Origin: Blasia pusilla
Lineage: Eukaryota
NCBI GenBank assembly: GCA_050084515.1
Contig: CM114271.1
Location: forward strand, 46,624,001-46,688,000
Direction of reading: 5' to 3'
Length of the DNA stretch: 64,000 nt
Part shown: positions 39,836-52,961 of the stretch, one piece after another
Numbering within the stretch: position 1 is the first letter of the stretch
How the letters are laid out: every line of letters begins with the position of its first letter
Notes under the pieces: model-generated
Told to the model about the DNA's origin: nothing
Seen by the model: the letters and a program-made list of their open reading frames with translations, nothing else
Databases searched by the model: none
Translations under genes and position numbers: made by a program

Positions 39836-42800
39836 TGCTTGAGTGATCGGACTCTATCCTGGTGAGACCAACTTCTGACGCATTGTGGCGGGCTTCTTGA
39901 CTTTTGGGTCGTTCCCCTACATTCGTCAAACCAGTTGTAGGCTTCTTTTCTTGTCTAAGATGTGCAGGATTCCTACTACCTGTCGGATTGCCATTTTGGA
40001 TTCCCAACCTGTTAGATCGTCGTGGGTGCAGGGTGGAAGAAAATCACTTCTAAAAATCTTTCCTTTCTTATGGTGAGCTTTCTTACGGGTTGGGAGGGGT
40101 GCAGCTTCTCGGTTTCTCAGCCTTAGGATCTGATGTGTTCACATTTCACAAAGTTGGTCTTGAGCAGACACCATTCATAACCAACAGAAAGTTGGTTATG
40201 GGGCAATTTAGGGGAGGCCATGATGCAGGCAACAATCCCTGCAAAAAGAGAGGTTGGCATCCGGGTGGTCCTCCAACAAAAATACCAAGGGCACTGATTT
40301 TTGTTGACCGAGACAGGGAATGTTAAGAAACTTAGGCTCACATGGAGAGTGATGGAAAAATGTTTAGGGTGGTCTTATGATGTCTCCTTTTTCTCGCCCC
40401 CAGGAAAGAGGAGGTTTTTTTAGGGCCAAATGTGGACCACTAAATACTCTCTTCTAAAGATTTCCTGAATTTGAAAGCAAACAAAAATTTCAAATATGTC
40501 AAAAAGTTTTGAAGAGAGGAGGCGGATTTGGCCCTTTTTTTTGAAGAGAGACTCTCCTCTCATCCTCTCTTCCTCTCCTCTCTTACTCTCTCCTGCCAGA
40601 ATACCAGCCCCCGTGATGGTGACGAGTGTAGACTCTTTTCATGTGTGGCATGTGGTGGATATACGGCGGTTTCTACGTAGAGGTTGCATGTATGACCCGA
40701 GAGTGTCGCTAGGTTAGGTGAGTCAGTTGGAAGGCTCATGGTGAGGCCGAGTGTTGAGTGTGCGTGAGGCCGGGTATGTCATCACAGGATTGATGTTAGC
40801 ATAGGTGAGCTAGTGAGGAGTGTGGGAGACTCTCGGTGAGTCTGAGTGCTTGAGCGGATGAGATAGGGTTTTCATCACTGCGTTCTTCTAGGGTTTGGAA
40901 GAACGGGGTAGTGCGAGGAGTAGTAGTGGTGTGACACGGACTGGAGTGAGATACCGAGGGATTACAAGTGAGGAGCTACCTCGACATCCATCCGTGGCTT
41001 GATCGTCATCACTAGACATCGGGTCTGGTGACAAGATCGCAGACGGAGGCAATATCACTTGGCAGGAGATGGACGACAAGGGCCATCGGGGCATGCGTCG
41101 TTTCTCAGGTACAGTGGGCACCATCGCCTTAGATGATTTTATCCACGAGTCCGACACGTGGTGCGACTTCCAGGAGATACGGACCCTGACACGGTTAAAC
41201 CCTTTATGGCATGGAAGGGGTTGTTCCAGCACTTGGAGGGTCCTCCAATGGATGACTACATGGAGTTTTGATCACTATATTCAGTAGAGATCAATGCCCG
41301 GAGGATGTATTGGGCTCCACGGTATGTGTCCAGTAGTGGTCGCGAGGCATATGATGGGATCGTGAGAGGAGAGAGACCCACACCATCAGGCCGGAGACTA
41401 GATGGAGAGGAGGGCAGTGAGATAGGTGATGTGGCAGAGACCTTTGGTGGTAGAGGGCCATCCAGCTTCAGCCCCACAGTGGAGTTCTTCCGACAGTTGG
41501 GGAAGAGCTACCAAGGCATACACACCGACAAGATGAAGAGTCTTCAAGATTTTCAGCGACAATCGGGTGAGAGAGGCATTCATGCGCATGAGGAGGCTAA
41601 TCATTGTTACGTATGGAGTGACTGAGGCGCAGTCAGTCCAGTATTGGTACGGGATTCTAGACGGAGAGCTACGGAGGAGAGTCCGAGATGCGGTGCTGAT
41701 TCACACAGCAAAGCCCACATTGAAGGTGGTCTTTGAGTTGTCTGAGCGTATTGAGCTCAACATGAGTGAGGAGCACGTAGTGACCGCTAGATTTTCTCGA
41801 GAGTCAACGGGTCCACGAGCAACGGTGACCCCACAGTTGCCACAGCGAGCACCAGTACCACGGGATTGGGCCAGTGTGCCCAGAGAGCAGGTCGGGTATC
41901 GTGAGCCTATGAGGCAACGACCCGTACCTACATATGTTGCCCAACACTGACCGATGTGGTCTTGTTGGACGTGTGGAGGGGCCCATAGGCAGAGAGACTG
42001 CCCACAGCATGGGAGAGGACCATGAGCGCCTCCGATTTCTCAAGAGCCACAGAGGATGGCCCCACCACAGCACTAGTGTGACTATTGCCACAGATATGAT
42101 CACACTAGGGATAGGTGTTTTGACCTTCGCCGAGAGGCACGTTCAGAGGTAGGCCGAGGATCTTGGGGCGGTCGTCCTAGAGGAGGTCAGGGAGTTCTTC
42201 CAAGACGTGGTGGTAGAGGATCACAACCAGCCAAAGGAGATGGAGCAGGAGCACCAGAGCCGTCACTTCTCTCACGCATCGATCAGTTGGAGCAGAGGAT
42301 TGTTGCCATGACGATGATGCAACTTAGGGAAGGCACAAAGCTGCGAGCAGCTAGTGTGACTCTAGCTTCTACCTCTTATCCTGACCTGGGTCAGGATCTC
42401 GCTAGTATGGGGTTTATGTGTAGTGCAGCCCAGGTTGAGGCAGCTACAGTGGTGACTCGGGGTGCTGCGAGAGGCATCGAGTCATTGAGAGGTGGAGTTG
42501 AGATTGATCCACCAGAGGGGATTGATGGGTGGCAGGCCAGGGTTCCACAGTCATTCATATTGTCGGAGGCACTACACACACCATCGATTGTGCCTCGATG
42601 ACTAGTGGTGCCTATAGCTCAGGTAGGTACGTCGACATCACGAGAAGTTGGAGTGACAACTCCTATGCCGACTCGAGTGGAGTCAGTGTCGACCATAGTG
42701 TTGGAGGTGGCCACCAGAGTGAGTGAGACTCCACTATTTTCCGCCATAAAGTTGGCGACGTTGGGAGTTGGACCAGCTGAGGTGTTCCGGCTGGCCGCCA

Positions 42801-43784
42801 CATTGTGTGAGCGTGGAGAGATGTATGCTTCTTGTTTAGGGGTAGTTGACGAGGTGGTGGACTTGCCTTGAGAATCGATGCTCAGAACGTTCCCCACAAA
42901 GTCATGGCATGCGGCGGCGGCGAAGTTGGTAGATATGCCAGGTTGACCGGCCACAGAGCGAGCAGTGGTGACACTTGGAGTAGTGTTATTGGATAACCAA
43001 GCTGGATTATTTTGCTTGGTTAGTCCCACGGGGACGGTATACCACCCGCAACGCATCCTACTTGATTTGGGAGCACAACCCTTGATGTTAGGGAAGGCGT
43101 CATCTTTAGGGTTGGGGTTACGGAAGGCCGACATTGAGCCTTGTCCCTTCCAGATACTGATCTCGATTGGGGGCGTGTCACCCACGTAGTATATGACTCG
43201 ACAGGAGATAGTTGTCAGAGTCCAGCCAGAGCATGCGACGGATAATGTTGTGGTGCGTACATGTGCGATTACCACACCAACTGAGTCGTACGATGTGTTG
43301 GTGGGGAGTATAGTGTTATATCCCCTAGGATTCATCCTTGTGGGAGGAGACCGTTGCTTATCGGCCAGGGTGGCAGTCAAGTGACGAGCGGAGGAGTCAG
43401 TTACCTATGCAGTTTGCGGGACAAGGTGGTCGATCACGAGGCGAGTGTGTGACCACGTTGGCAGCTTTCACAGGTAGTGTTAGCTGGCCAAAAGAGTTGT
43501 TGGAGGGGAACGCACATGCGGAGGATGTCCTAGTAGCGGATAGTCCCACGGAGAGAAAGGCCATGGTGGGTGTCTCTTCCCATGTTGGCGAGACCTCTTC
43601 ACCATTGTGGGGTACGACTCCGGAGCTACAGAGGAGTGCCGACGATCTCGTGAGGCAGGCGTGGAGTCATGCCTTTATCCCATAATAGCGCGAGTTAGGT
43701 GGTGATCAGGCTTCTGGAGTGAAGACGTTGACCCCACGGGATACCACACCTGTTGTGTGGTAGTGTCCAGAGGAGGGTGTTAGG

Positions 43785-44730
43785 GTGTTAGATCTCTTCG
43801 GATGGATTAGCAGCGGATTGGCTGCAGTATTGCTGGAGGGAATACGGGTGCATCAGTACGTTTATGTGGAGAAAGATGACACCGCGCCGCAAGTATCATT
43901 ACGTCACATGGCGAGATTGGTCCAGAGGTATCATGAGTTTTTGCCGGTATCTGCAGTACGGGGATATCAGCATACACTACCCGCCGACATCTCATTCGTG
44001 GGGGCGCAGGATCAGGATAGAGTTGGCACCATTCATTTGGTGATTGCTGGATGGCCATGTCAGGGTCATTCATCAGCAAGCCGAGGATTTGGATTGCAGG
44101 ATCCGAGATCAAGGATGTTTTGGGAGATGTTGCAAGTAGTACGACACTTGCATGAGAGTCAGACATGTTCTCCAACGTACATTTTGGAGAACGTGCCGTT
44201 GTTGGGAGACACTCGTGCACGTGTGATGACGAGTGTGCATCAGGTGAGGTCCTGGTTGGGACCTGCTGTGTTGTTAGATGCAGCGAGAGTTGGATCACGT
44301 GCCCATCGTCCACGACTATGGTGAACAAACTTTATACCATCAGAGGTATTAAGTCGAGCATACGATGGAGTCCGTAGAGCGCTACATCTCATAATATATG
44401 CTATTTTGGGCTTAGGGAGTCGATCTCAGGTGGTGACATGGGGATGATAGACCACCGTTGGCGATGGCCAATAGGGTGGGGAGTTGAGGGCAGCCTTACC
44501 TACGTTGGTGAGCTTCCCAGCATCCCATGCCTTTTGTGAGGGAGGGCCAGACATGATTTGGGATGAGGTGACCTGAGCATTGGAGGAGCCTACAGCAGAT
44601 GAGCGCGAGCACGCCATGGGGTCCGCTACCTGTACTATGGCGGTGCCAAGGATGACTAAGGCATCCCGGAGACAGATGTTGGGGCAGGCGATGGACCTCA
44701 ACTATCTCACATGGATAGTCAGCCTAGGTA
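43785..44730 (+). pseudogene. DNMT3-like C5 cytosine methyltransferase domain inside retroelement pol (copy 2)
   Basis: VLDLFGWISSG (I), YVEKD (II), ADI (III), LVIAGWPCQGHS (IV, catalytic PC), ILENV (VI), SRAHRPRLW*TN (VIII), EPTADEREHAMG (IX), RRQMLGQAM (X), in canonical unpermuted order. Confidence 0.92.
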
Positions 44731-45478
44731 TGGCTGAGCAGAGACGGATGCGAGTGTCATCCATGCCGTCACGTCCAGGAGTTGGACCATTGCCTAGAGG
44801 GTCTGTACAGACATTGGTTGGGGGCGAGATGAGGAGAGATAGGCACCCATGGACTTCCAGGGACGTCATTCTAGCGGAGAGGGCGAAGGCGGCCATAATA
44901 TCACATGTTCATTTTTTGGATGTGGAGCATGGTGTAGGAGGTCAAAATGGAGTGGTTGTTGTGGAGGTGGCTAGGATTGCTACATAGCAACCAAAGCCGG
45001 AGGTTGCGTCCTCTCCGAGTGAGGTCACGATGGAGACTTGGGAGCTTGTGATAGGTCTCAAGTTGATAGGAGGAGAGCGATGGCAAGTTCATAGGTTTCT
45101 GAGAGGGCATGTCAATTGTTTTGCCTTCAGTATGAGAGACTTGGGTACGCTGAAGGGTCCCGGGATACGGATTGAGTTGGCTAGTGATACGTCGATCTTT
45201 CGTCGACCCTACAGGTATTCTGATATGGAGCGAGCCTTGATTCAGACCAAGAGTCAGGACTTGTTGGAGGCAGGACTTGTGGAGTTATCACATCGGGAGT
45301 ATGCATCTGCCACAGTCATGCCGGCGAAGAAGGATATGTATGGAAATTGGACGGATAGGCGGATGTGTGGAGATTACGGTCCTATCAACCAACATAGGAG
45401 GTCAGATCGGTACGCCATGCCTTCTCTTGAGGAGATCTTTGATACGGTAGGGCATGCAAAGATCTTCAGTACGGCTAC

Positions 45479-48400
45479 CTTGATAAGCAACGGTCTCCTC
45501 CCAGAAGTCAAGGATGAATCCTAGGGGATATAACATTGTACTCCCCACCAACACATCGTACGACTCGGCTGATGTCGTAATCGCATGTGTGCGCACCATA
45601 GTACTATCCGTCGCATGCTCTGGCTGGACTCAGAGAACAATCTCCTCTCGAGTCATATACTGAGTGGGTGATACGCCCCCAATCGAGGTCTGTATCTGGA
45701 AGGGACAAGGCTCAATGTCGACCTTCCGTAATCCCAACGCTAAACACGCCGCCTTCCCTAACATCAAGGGTTGCGCTCCCGAATCAAGTAGGACGCGCTG
45801 CGGGTGGTATACTATCCTCGTCGGACTAACCAAGCAAAATACTCCAACTCGGTTATCCAGTAACACTACTCCAGGTGTCACCACTGCTCGCTCTATGGCC
45901 GGTCGAGCTGGCATATCTACCAACTTTGCCGCCGCCGCATGCCATGACTCTGTGGGGAACGTCCCAAGCACCGGCTCTGAGGGCAAGTCCACTACCTCCT
46001 CAACTACCTCTGAACAAGAAGCAATCATCTCTCAACGCTCACACAACGTGGCGGCCAACCGGAACACCTCAGCTGGTCCAACTCCCAACGTCGCCAACTC
46101 TATGGCGAAAAATAGCGGAGTCTGACTCACTCTGGTGGCCACCTCCAACACTATAGTCAACACTGACTCCACTTGAGCCGGCATAGGAGTTTTCACTCCA
46201 ACTCCTCGTGATGTCGACGTATGTGCGTGAACTGTAGGCACCGCTGGTCGTCGAGGCACCATCGATGGTGTGTGTAGTGCCTCCAACAATGTGAATGATT
46301 GTGGAACCCTGGCCTGCCGCCCATCGGTCCCCTCTGGTGGGTCAATCTCAACTCCACCTCTCGATGGCTCGGTGTCTCTTGCAGCATCCCGAGTCACCAC
46401 TGCAGCTGCCTCAACATGGGTTGCACTACACATGAATCCCATACTGGCGAGATCCTCACCCGGGTCAGGGTAAGAGGTAGAAGCTGGAGGCACATTAGCT
46501 GCTCGCAGCTCCATGCCTTCCCTAAGCTGCATCATCGTCATGGCACCAATCCTCTGCTCCAACTTATCGATGCGTGAGAGAAGTGTCGACTCTGGTGCTC
46601 CTGCTCCATATCCTCTGGCTGGTTGTGGCCCTCTACCACCACGTCCAGGAAGAACTCCCTGACCTCCTCCACGACGACCGCCCCCAGGCCCTCAGCCTAC
46701 CTCAGGACGTGCCCCTGGAGGTGCCCGTCGGCGAAGGTCAAAACATCTATCCCTAGTGTGACCATATCTGTGGCAATGGTCACACTGGTGCTGTGGTGGG
46801 GCCATCATCTGTGGCTCTTGAGCAATCGGAGGCGCTGGTGGTCCTCTCCCATGCTGTGGGCAGTCTCTTTGCCTTTGGGCCCCTCCACACGTCCAACAAG
46901 ACCACATCGGTCAATGCTGGGCAACATATGTAGGTGCGGGTCGTTGCCTCATAGGCTCACGGTACCCGCCCTGCTCTCTAGGCACACTGGCCCGCTCCGT
47001 GGGTATGGTGTGCTTTCGGGCACCTTTGTGGGATCACCGTCGCTTGTGGACCCGTCGACTCTCGAGAAAATCCAGCGGTCACTACCTGCTCCTCACTCAT
47101 GTTGAGCTCAATACGCTCAGACAACTCAAAGACCACCTTAAATGTGGGCTTCGCTGTGTGAATCAGCACCGCATCTCGGACTCTCCTCCGTAGTTCTCGG
47201 TCCAGAACCCCGTACCAATACTGGACTGACTGCGCCTCAGTCACTCCAAAGGTAGCAATGATTAGCCTCCTCATGCGTGTGAATGCCTCTCTCAGACTCT
47301 CACCCGATTGTCGCTGAAAATCTCAGAGACTCTTGACTTGTCGTCGTGCAGACGCTGGTAGCTCTTCCCCAACTGTCGGAATAACTCCACTGTGGGGCTG
47401 AAGCTAGGTGGCCCTCTACCACCAGAGGTCTCTGCCACATCGCCTGTCTCACTGCCCTCCTCTCCATCTAGTCTTCGGGCTGGGTCTCTCTCCTCTCACA
47501 ATCCCATCATATGCCTCGCGACCACTAGTGGACACATACCCTGAAGCCCAATACATCCTCCAAGCATCGATCTCTACTGAATATAGTGATCGAAACTCCA
47601 TGTAGTCATCCATCGGAGGACCCTCCAAGTGCTAGAACAACCCCTTCCATGCCATGAAAGGGTTGAACCATGTCGGGGTCCATATCTCCTGGAAGTTGCA
47701 CCATGTGTCGAACTCCTGGATAAAATCATCTAAGTCGATAGTCCCCACTGCACCCGAGAAACGACGCATGCCCCGATGCCCCATGTCGTCCATCTCCTGC
47801 CAAGTACTACTGTCTCTATCTGTGATCTCATCGCCAGACCCAATGACCTGTGATGACGATCCAATCACGGATGGATGTCGAGGGAGCTCCTCACTGGTAA
47901 CCCCTCCATATCTCACTCCACTCCGTGTCACACCACTACTACTGCTCGCACTACCCCGTTCTTCCAAACCCTGGAAGAACGCCGTGATGACAAACCTTGT
48001 CTCACCCGCTCAAGCACTCAGACTCACCGAGAGTCTCCCACACGCCTCACTAGCTCACCTATGCTAACATCAATCCCGTGATGACATACCCGGCCTCACG
48101 CCCTCCAACCTGCTGCACCGTCAATATGCACTCCTCCACATGATATGATAATTTCCGCAACACAACACTCCCCTCGATCAACACGGGGCGCGAATGGGCT
48201 CAACGCCTTGCCCCCTCAATATGCACTCCTCCATATGCGTGCCTACACAACACTCCCCCTAACCCTAGAGCGCTTGCGCCGACTTGACCCGGCGACCCTC
48301 GCCGCAAGCTCTAGCTCTTCTTCTCCTGGTACTCTGACCTTCCACGAGCTATAAGACGCGTTACTCCCGCCAACACAACTGCGCTACACCTGTTGCTTTG

Positions 48401-48985
48401 TCCCCATCAATCCCAGAAAATCTGAAAAAAATCTTGAAAAAAACACAAAACGTCGCCTCCGCCCACGGCCTTCCAAACAGAAAAATGACACACATCTTTC
48501 TCATGTTAAAATAAAGAGTAGTAAAAACGGCACTCCCGGCCTAAAACTCCACTCCTCAATCTACATCGGCATATCGAGCCTCGTCCACCCTGTGCTATCA
48601 AGGAATCCGGACACTAGCACCCTAGTCCTAGCTCACACACATACAAGGGAGGTGCTCCAACGGCCCAACATGAGAAAGATGGCTTAGGAAAGCCATCTTC
48701 CTCTCTTATATAGGGTTGAGAAGAGCCAAAAGGCTCTTCCCCTAAAAATAACCCTTCCCTTGGTAACCTGCGCGCACATGTTACCAGGGGCGGGTGACCT
48801 GGTCAACAAGTCACCCGGCTGTAAAAGACCTCAACATGAAAGTTGTCAGAAACGACGTTCCTGACACAATGGACCTATCCTCAACCTCATCCGACACCGT
48901 GGGACAAAGTTACACTCAAGATAGCTTGCTGGCTCCTACGCCTTATCCACGATGATCTCGACCTATCGGCTACTTAGATGTGACA
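45479..48985 (-). mobile_element. Inverted, truncated third copy of the same retroelement (5' repeat, gag, protease)
   Basis: 48985-48496 is the reverse complement of 26917-~27406. 48100-45482 is the reverse complement of ~40762-43362 (ORF 45630-46028 has LLDSGAQ; CDHCHRYGHTRDRC knuckle). Confidence 0.9.
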
Positions 48986-49546
48986 AAGCCTATCCCGAAC
49001 CTAACCCATTTTTTTAATTAAAAAATATCATCCCATATTTTCTTAAGGCGTAAATATTTTTAGATGTTTTAAAAAAATATCCCTCCATATTTTTGTTTCT
49101 TTCCCATATTTTTTCCCTAATCTTTTTTTAATACTATTTTTTATTTTTTATTTTGAATTTTAAACACTTAAATTTCCCTTCCTTTTTGCACTTCTTTTTC
49201 CTTTTTCTTGCTTGATTTTTTTAAATGTGGCACAAGATTTATTTTCTTTTTTTTGTCTTTTTTTTTTCATACTTTGGCAGGTTTCTTTGTATGTATTCCT
49301 CCGATTGGTCGAGCCTACCGATTAATCAATAGTTTTGTGGTGTGGTATATAGATGGCAAGTGTCTTTGGGTCATTATTGGATGTGGAGAGGCAACCGCTT
49401 GGTGTTCTGACAAGTACACCAATTCCACGAATATTTCAAGGAGACAAAAGGACGAACAAAAGAACACCTCTCCAATGTAAGCACCTTTTTTGTGCCTTTA
49501 TTTCCATTTTTATTTATTTATACTCTAATCATGCCTTCTCCTAAAA

Positions 49547-49610
49547 TGTTGCATGGACTTCCTATTCCATCAACTCCTATGAGTTGATGGAATAGGAAGT
49601 CCATGCAACA
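49547..49610. repeat. Perfect 30-bp inverted repeat with 4-nt loop
   Basis: TGTTGCATGGACTTCCTATTCCATCAACTC-ctat-GAGTTGATGGAATAGGAAGTCCATGCAACA. Confidence 0.95.
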
Positions 49611-50456
49611 CGACTTTAAAAAATTGATGTATGTGAATGCACAACAAAAAAGGTGTGCCTATCGTAAAGAAATTTTAGCACAACAAACAAACATTGAACA
49701 TGAACTCGCCCTCGAAACATCTCCAACATAAGTTCACTTAATTGACAAACATTATGCAAGTGTCGTTCTACGTGGCGAAGCCCAAAAATGAAAACGTGTT
49801 GTTTGCGCTGATAAAATGAAAGCTCTCAAAGAGAAAAAGAGGATATACCATCGTGAGTATAGAAAAATATGAAAAGCACTTCATGTTGAAGTTGAGCCTG
49901 CTTTGGTTTTTGAGTATATTCCAACTATTCCAAGTATGGACCTTTTGACCATTGGTAGTATTCATAAGCAATATATATCTAATTTTATGTAATTATAGTT
50001 GTGTGTTAAACCCATTCATTGTTCATATTTGATTTGTATGTTGACCTATTCTTTATTTTGTGAGGCCTTCCAATGAGGATGGAGAATTATTGGGAGAAAA
50101 TTAAGGAGCTCACATAGGGGATATTTATATATCGCAAAGGCTTGAGGATGGAGTAATTGTAGAAAATTGCTAAAGAAGCATAATTGGTGGGAAATGGCTC
50201 TCACACTCACACACCACCATGGAGAACGAAATTTTGCAATGAGAGAATGGTGGAGGTTGGTCCCCTTCTCAATTATATAGGGTAAGTACAAGAAACCCTA
50301 ATCCTAATCTTAACCATAGTCTCGAGTTAGACTAAATGTGATTAACTAACCCTAGTTAAGATAATCATGCTTAAGTTACTAGCTGAAATTAAGCTTCCCT
50401 ACTTCGTGTGAGTACCAAATACAACAGTCTGGATGTGTGATGAGCTTGACTGTAAC

Positions 50457-51130
50457 TCACTCTTCAATACTCCCCCTCAAGCTCATATCGATATCACTAA
50501 CGCCTAAATTGTTTCTAAATATCTCAAACTTGTCTCTAGACAATGCCTTTGTAAACATATAAGTAATTTGCTGATCTGTACCTATATCCACAAGCACTTT
50601 CTCTCTGATAAAATGATATTGCACCTCAATATGTTTTGTTCGAGCATGAAACACATAGTTATTAGCAAGCTTGATGCTACTAATATTGTTTGCATATATT
50701 ACACTAGGTCCTAGGTTACTAACACCAATCTCAAGAAGTAATCAATGAAGCCACACTGCCTCACATTCTGTATTGGTTGCTCCTTTGTATTCACCCTCTG
50801 TTGAAGATAAAGCAATTGTACGTTGCTTGTTTGAAGGCAACTTATAGCAACGCTTCCCAAAGTAAATAAATAACCAAATGTTAAGTGTTTATCAGACACG
50901 CTTCCTGCCTAATCAGCATCTGTGAATCCCTATAATTGTAAACTCGAAGAAGGTTCAAATTGAAGCCCGAATTGAACACATAATTTCACATACCGCATAA
51001 TCCTCCTTACAACATCAAGGTGAGGTTTTCAAGGTGCTTGCATAAATTGGCTCACTAGGCCAACTGCATAGCTCAAATCATACTTGGTTATAATCAAATA
51101 GATCAAACTTCCAACCACGCGTGTGTACAT
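50457..51130 (-). mobile_element. Ty1/Copia RT end and RNase H fragment with PPT
   Basis: FHARTKHIEVQYHFIREKV..TDQQITYMFTKAL; FTDAD*AG; LRGSIE / TTGAGGGGGAG PPT at the end. Confidence 0.9.
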
Positions 51131-52479
51131 ATGTAAGGCCCACATTTTTGAAATTTTGACAGAAAGATCAATTTTTGTACAGAAGTCTTCCTTGAGCAAG
51201 GACTAAAGACTCAATACTGGAAGTAAAGAGTCTTACTTTACTGAAATTATATGAAAGAGTGACTGACAGAACTCTGACAAGAGGGTAGGAGATGTTAGAA
51301 GATTAAGTGTTATCTTGGAAGAGTGGGAATTATGTAAAAGTAGGAAAAGAAGTTAGAAGAGGAAGCGCGGGAGCTTCGCAAGAAAGACCGCAGTAAGAAC
51401 AGTGTAAAAGACTGGAAAAAGCTTCTTTATGAAGAAGAATGAAGGTAGTCTTTGTGCAAAGAGTGGGTACAAAGAATGAAGAACGAAGAGCAAAGACTCA
51501 AGAACAAAGACTCAGAACTCAAAGAAGGAAGAGGAAGATGCGAAAGAGGTCAAAGAGTCTTCACAAAAGCAGAAAGGTGTATTAAGAATAGGAATAGAAA
51601 GACAAGAAATGCTTTGAAGGCAACACATTGAAAGAAAGTACAAAGGAGGACTCTTTGGGGCGACAGAAGGATAAGAGTCTTTCCGCGAAGATAGGATAGC
51701 AAAGATAAAGACTACAAAGACTACAAAGAGCGCAAAGATTGTGAAGACTCAATTGTTGCGGCAGTCTCGGAAGCCAAAAATAGAGCGGCACAGTGATTAA
51801 GAAGGGAGCGGACATGAAATGACAGGGAAACCAACTGTCTTGGGAAGATGGAGGGTTGGGAATCTAAATAGGGTAGGTTAGGATTAGCATGCAATTAGAA
51901 TTCTAAATCAAAATAGGAAGATCAATCAAAATTTGTAAAGACTATTTAAAGAGCATATTAGTAGAATAAGGGATCATTCCTTGGTGTCTTGAATCTTCCC
52001 AAATACTAGTGATTGGTTGGATGAAGAGGGACTATGCCCTTGAGTCTTAAATTTCCAGTACTCGTGAGGATTATGTGTGGGTAGGTTGTTGAGGGATAAT
52101 CCAAGCCGAAGAGTCTTCTACTTTCTACAGCTTGCAACATTTTCTAGTTCTTTCCACTCTTTGATGCAGAAGAAGAGTCTTCTCTCATGCTTTCTAATGT
52201 GCGGAGTTGGGTGTAAAATCTTATTGGGTTGTAGTAGAGATGAGAGTTGAGTCTTGTAGTTTCAGAATTCCAGAAGATATTCAAGAAGAGCGTAGGAAAG
52301 CTGTTAGACAATGAGTAACCTGCCATGATAGATTCAATTCTGAAAGTAGGGTGAGCCGCCATTCTTGAAGTCTCTTTGAGGTCTTCTTTGGAGCTTTCTT
52401 ATGTACCAGCCTGTTGTCGAGTCTTTCTTGACCATTGCCCCCATAGGATGAGTCATGACCAAGAGGTTTTTAGTTTATA

Positions 52480-52955
52480 AATGTTGTTCTTCTTGATGTT
52501 GCCCTTGGTCTTATTGCTCCACATAGTTTTGTTACTATAAGGCTACAGTTCTCATATCTGCCTTCTTCTTGAAGCAAAACTTTGCATAGTGACCCTTTAT
52601 CCGACAATAATTGCAAGATAAAAGGACACTTTGCTGTTGACCTCGATCCCAACGGTTTCCACCATCATCACCTTGTGATTGTGTCTGGTATTGGTTTGTA
52701 GTTGATTGAGTGAGGTTATATTGAGTGCCTCTTCCTCCATATGCTTGATATACATCATGACTAGGGAAGCTTCTACCACGATCCCTGCCTCTATTTGATC
52801 CATTACTTGCAAATAGCGCACTCTCTTGCAGACCAGACGAGCTACCGCTGCCTATTAGGCACATCTCTTCACTGATTAATAGTGGGACTTACTCTTAAAA
52901 GGTTTGATACTTTTCTCTCAGAGAAGTAGAGATCTCAAGTGATGTGTATTAGTAT
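52480..52955 (-). mobile_element. Ty1/Copia gag fragment (zinc knuckle)
   Basis: ESALFA...CNYCRIKGHYAKFC (CCHC), same strand as the Copia RNase H fragment. Confidence 0.7.
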
Positions 52956-52961
52956 GACAGT

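Larger units (their letters stand above)
28148..40612. mobile_element. Mutator-like (MULE) DNA transposon, 12.5 kb, 10-bp TSD GTGATGGTGA, short degenerate TIRs, two divergent genes
   Basis: GTGATGGTGA at 28138-28147 and 40613-40622. GTAAGAGGAGAGGAAGAGAGGA near the left end matches the reverse complement of ~40560-40586. MULE transposase motifs inside. Confidence 0.85.
26917..45472 (+). mobile_element. DNMT-bearing Ty3/Gypsy-type retroelement (copy 2): 5' repeat, 5' UTR interrupted by a MULE, gag-PR-DNMT and truncated RT
   Basis: Starts TGTCACATC with a TATA box near 27190. Gag ~40900-42150 (CDYCHRYDHT knuckle), PR LLDLGAQ ~43060, DNMT 43785-44730, RT 45030-45472 (RRMCGDY..DRYAMP..GHAKIFST) cut at the junction with an inverted copy. 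Confidence 0.88.

Noticed and set aside
43785-44730. Host DNMT3/DRM gene or bacterial contamination
   Set aside because: Intronless, embedded in pol in two divergent elements, unpermuted motif order (not DRM), and in a window with spliced plant genes.
26917-48985. One giant 22-kb TIR transposon
   Set aside because: The inverted ends are the 5' repeats of two opposed retroelement copies, and there is no shared TSD.
51132-52470. Possible LTR inserted in the Copia remnant (starts TGTAAG)
   Set aside because: No matching end, TSD or second copy identified.
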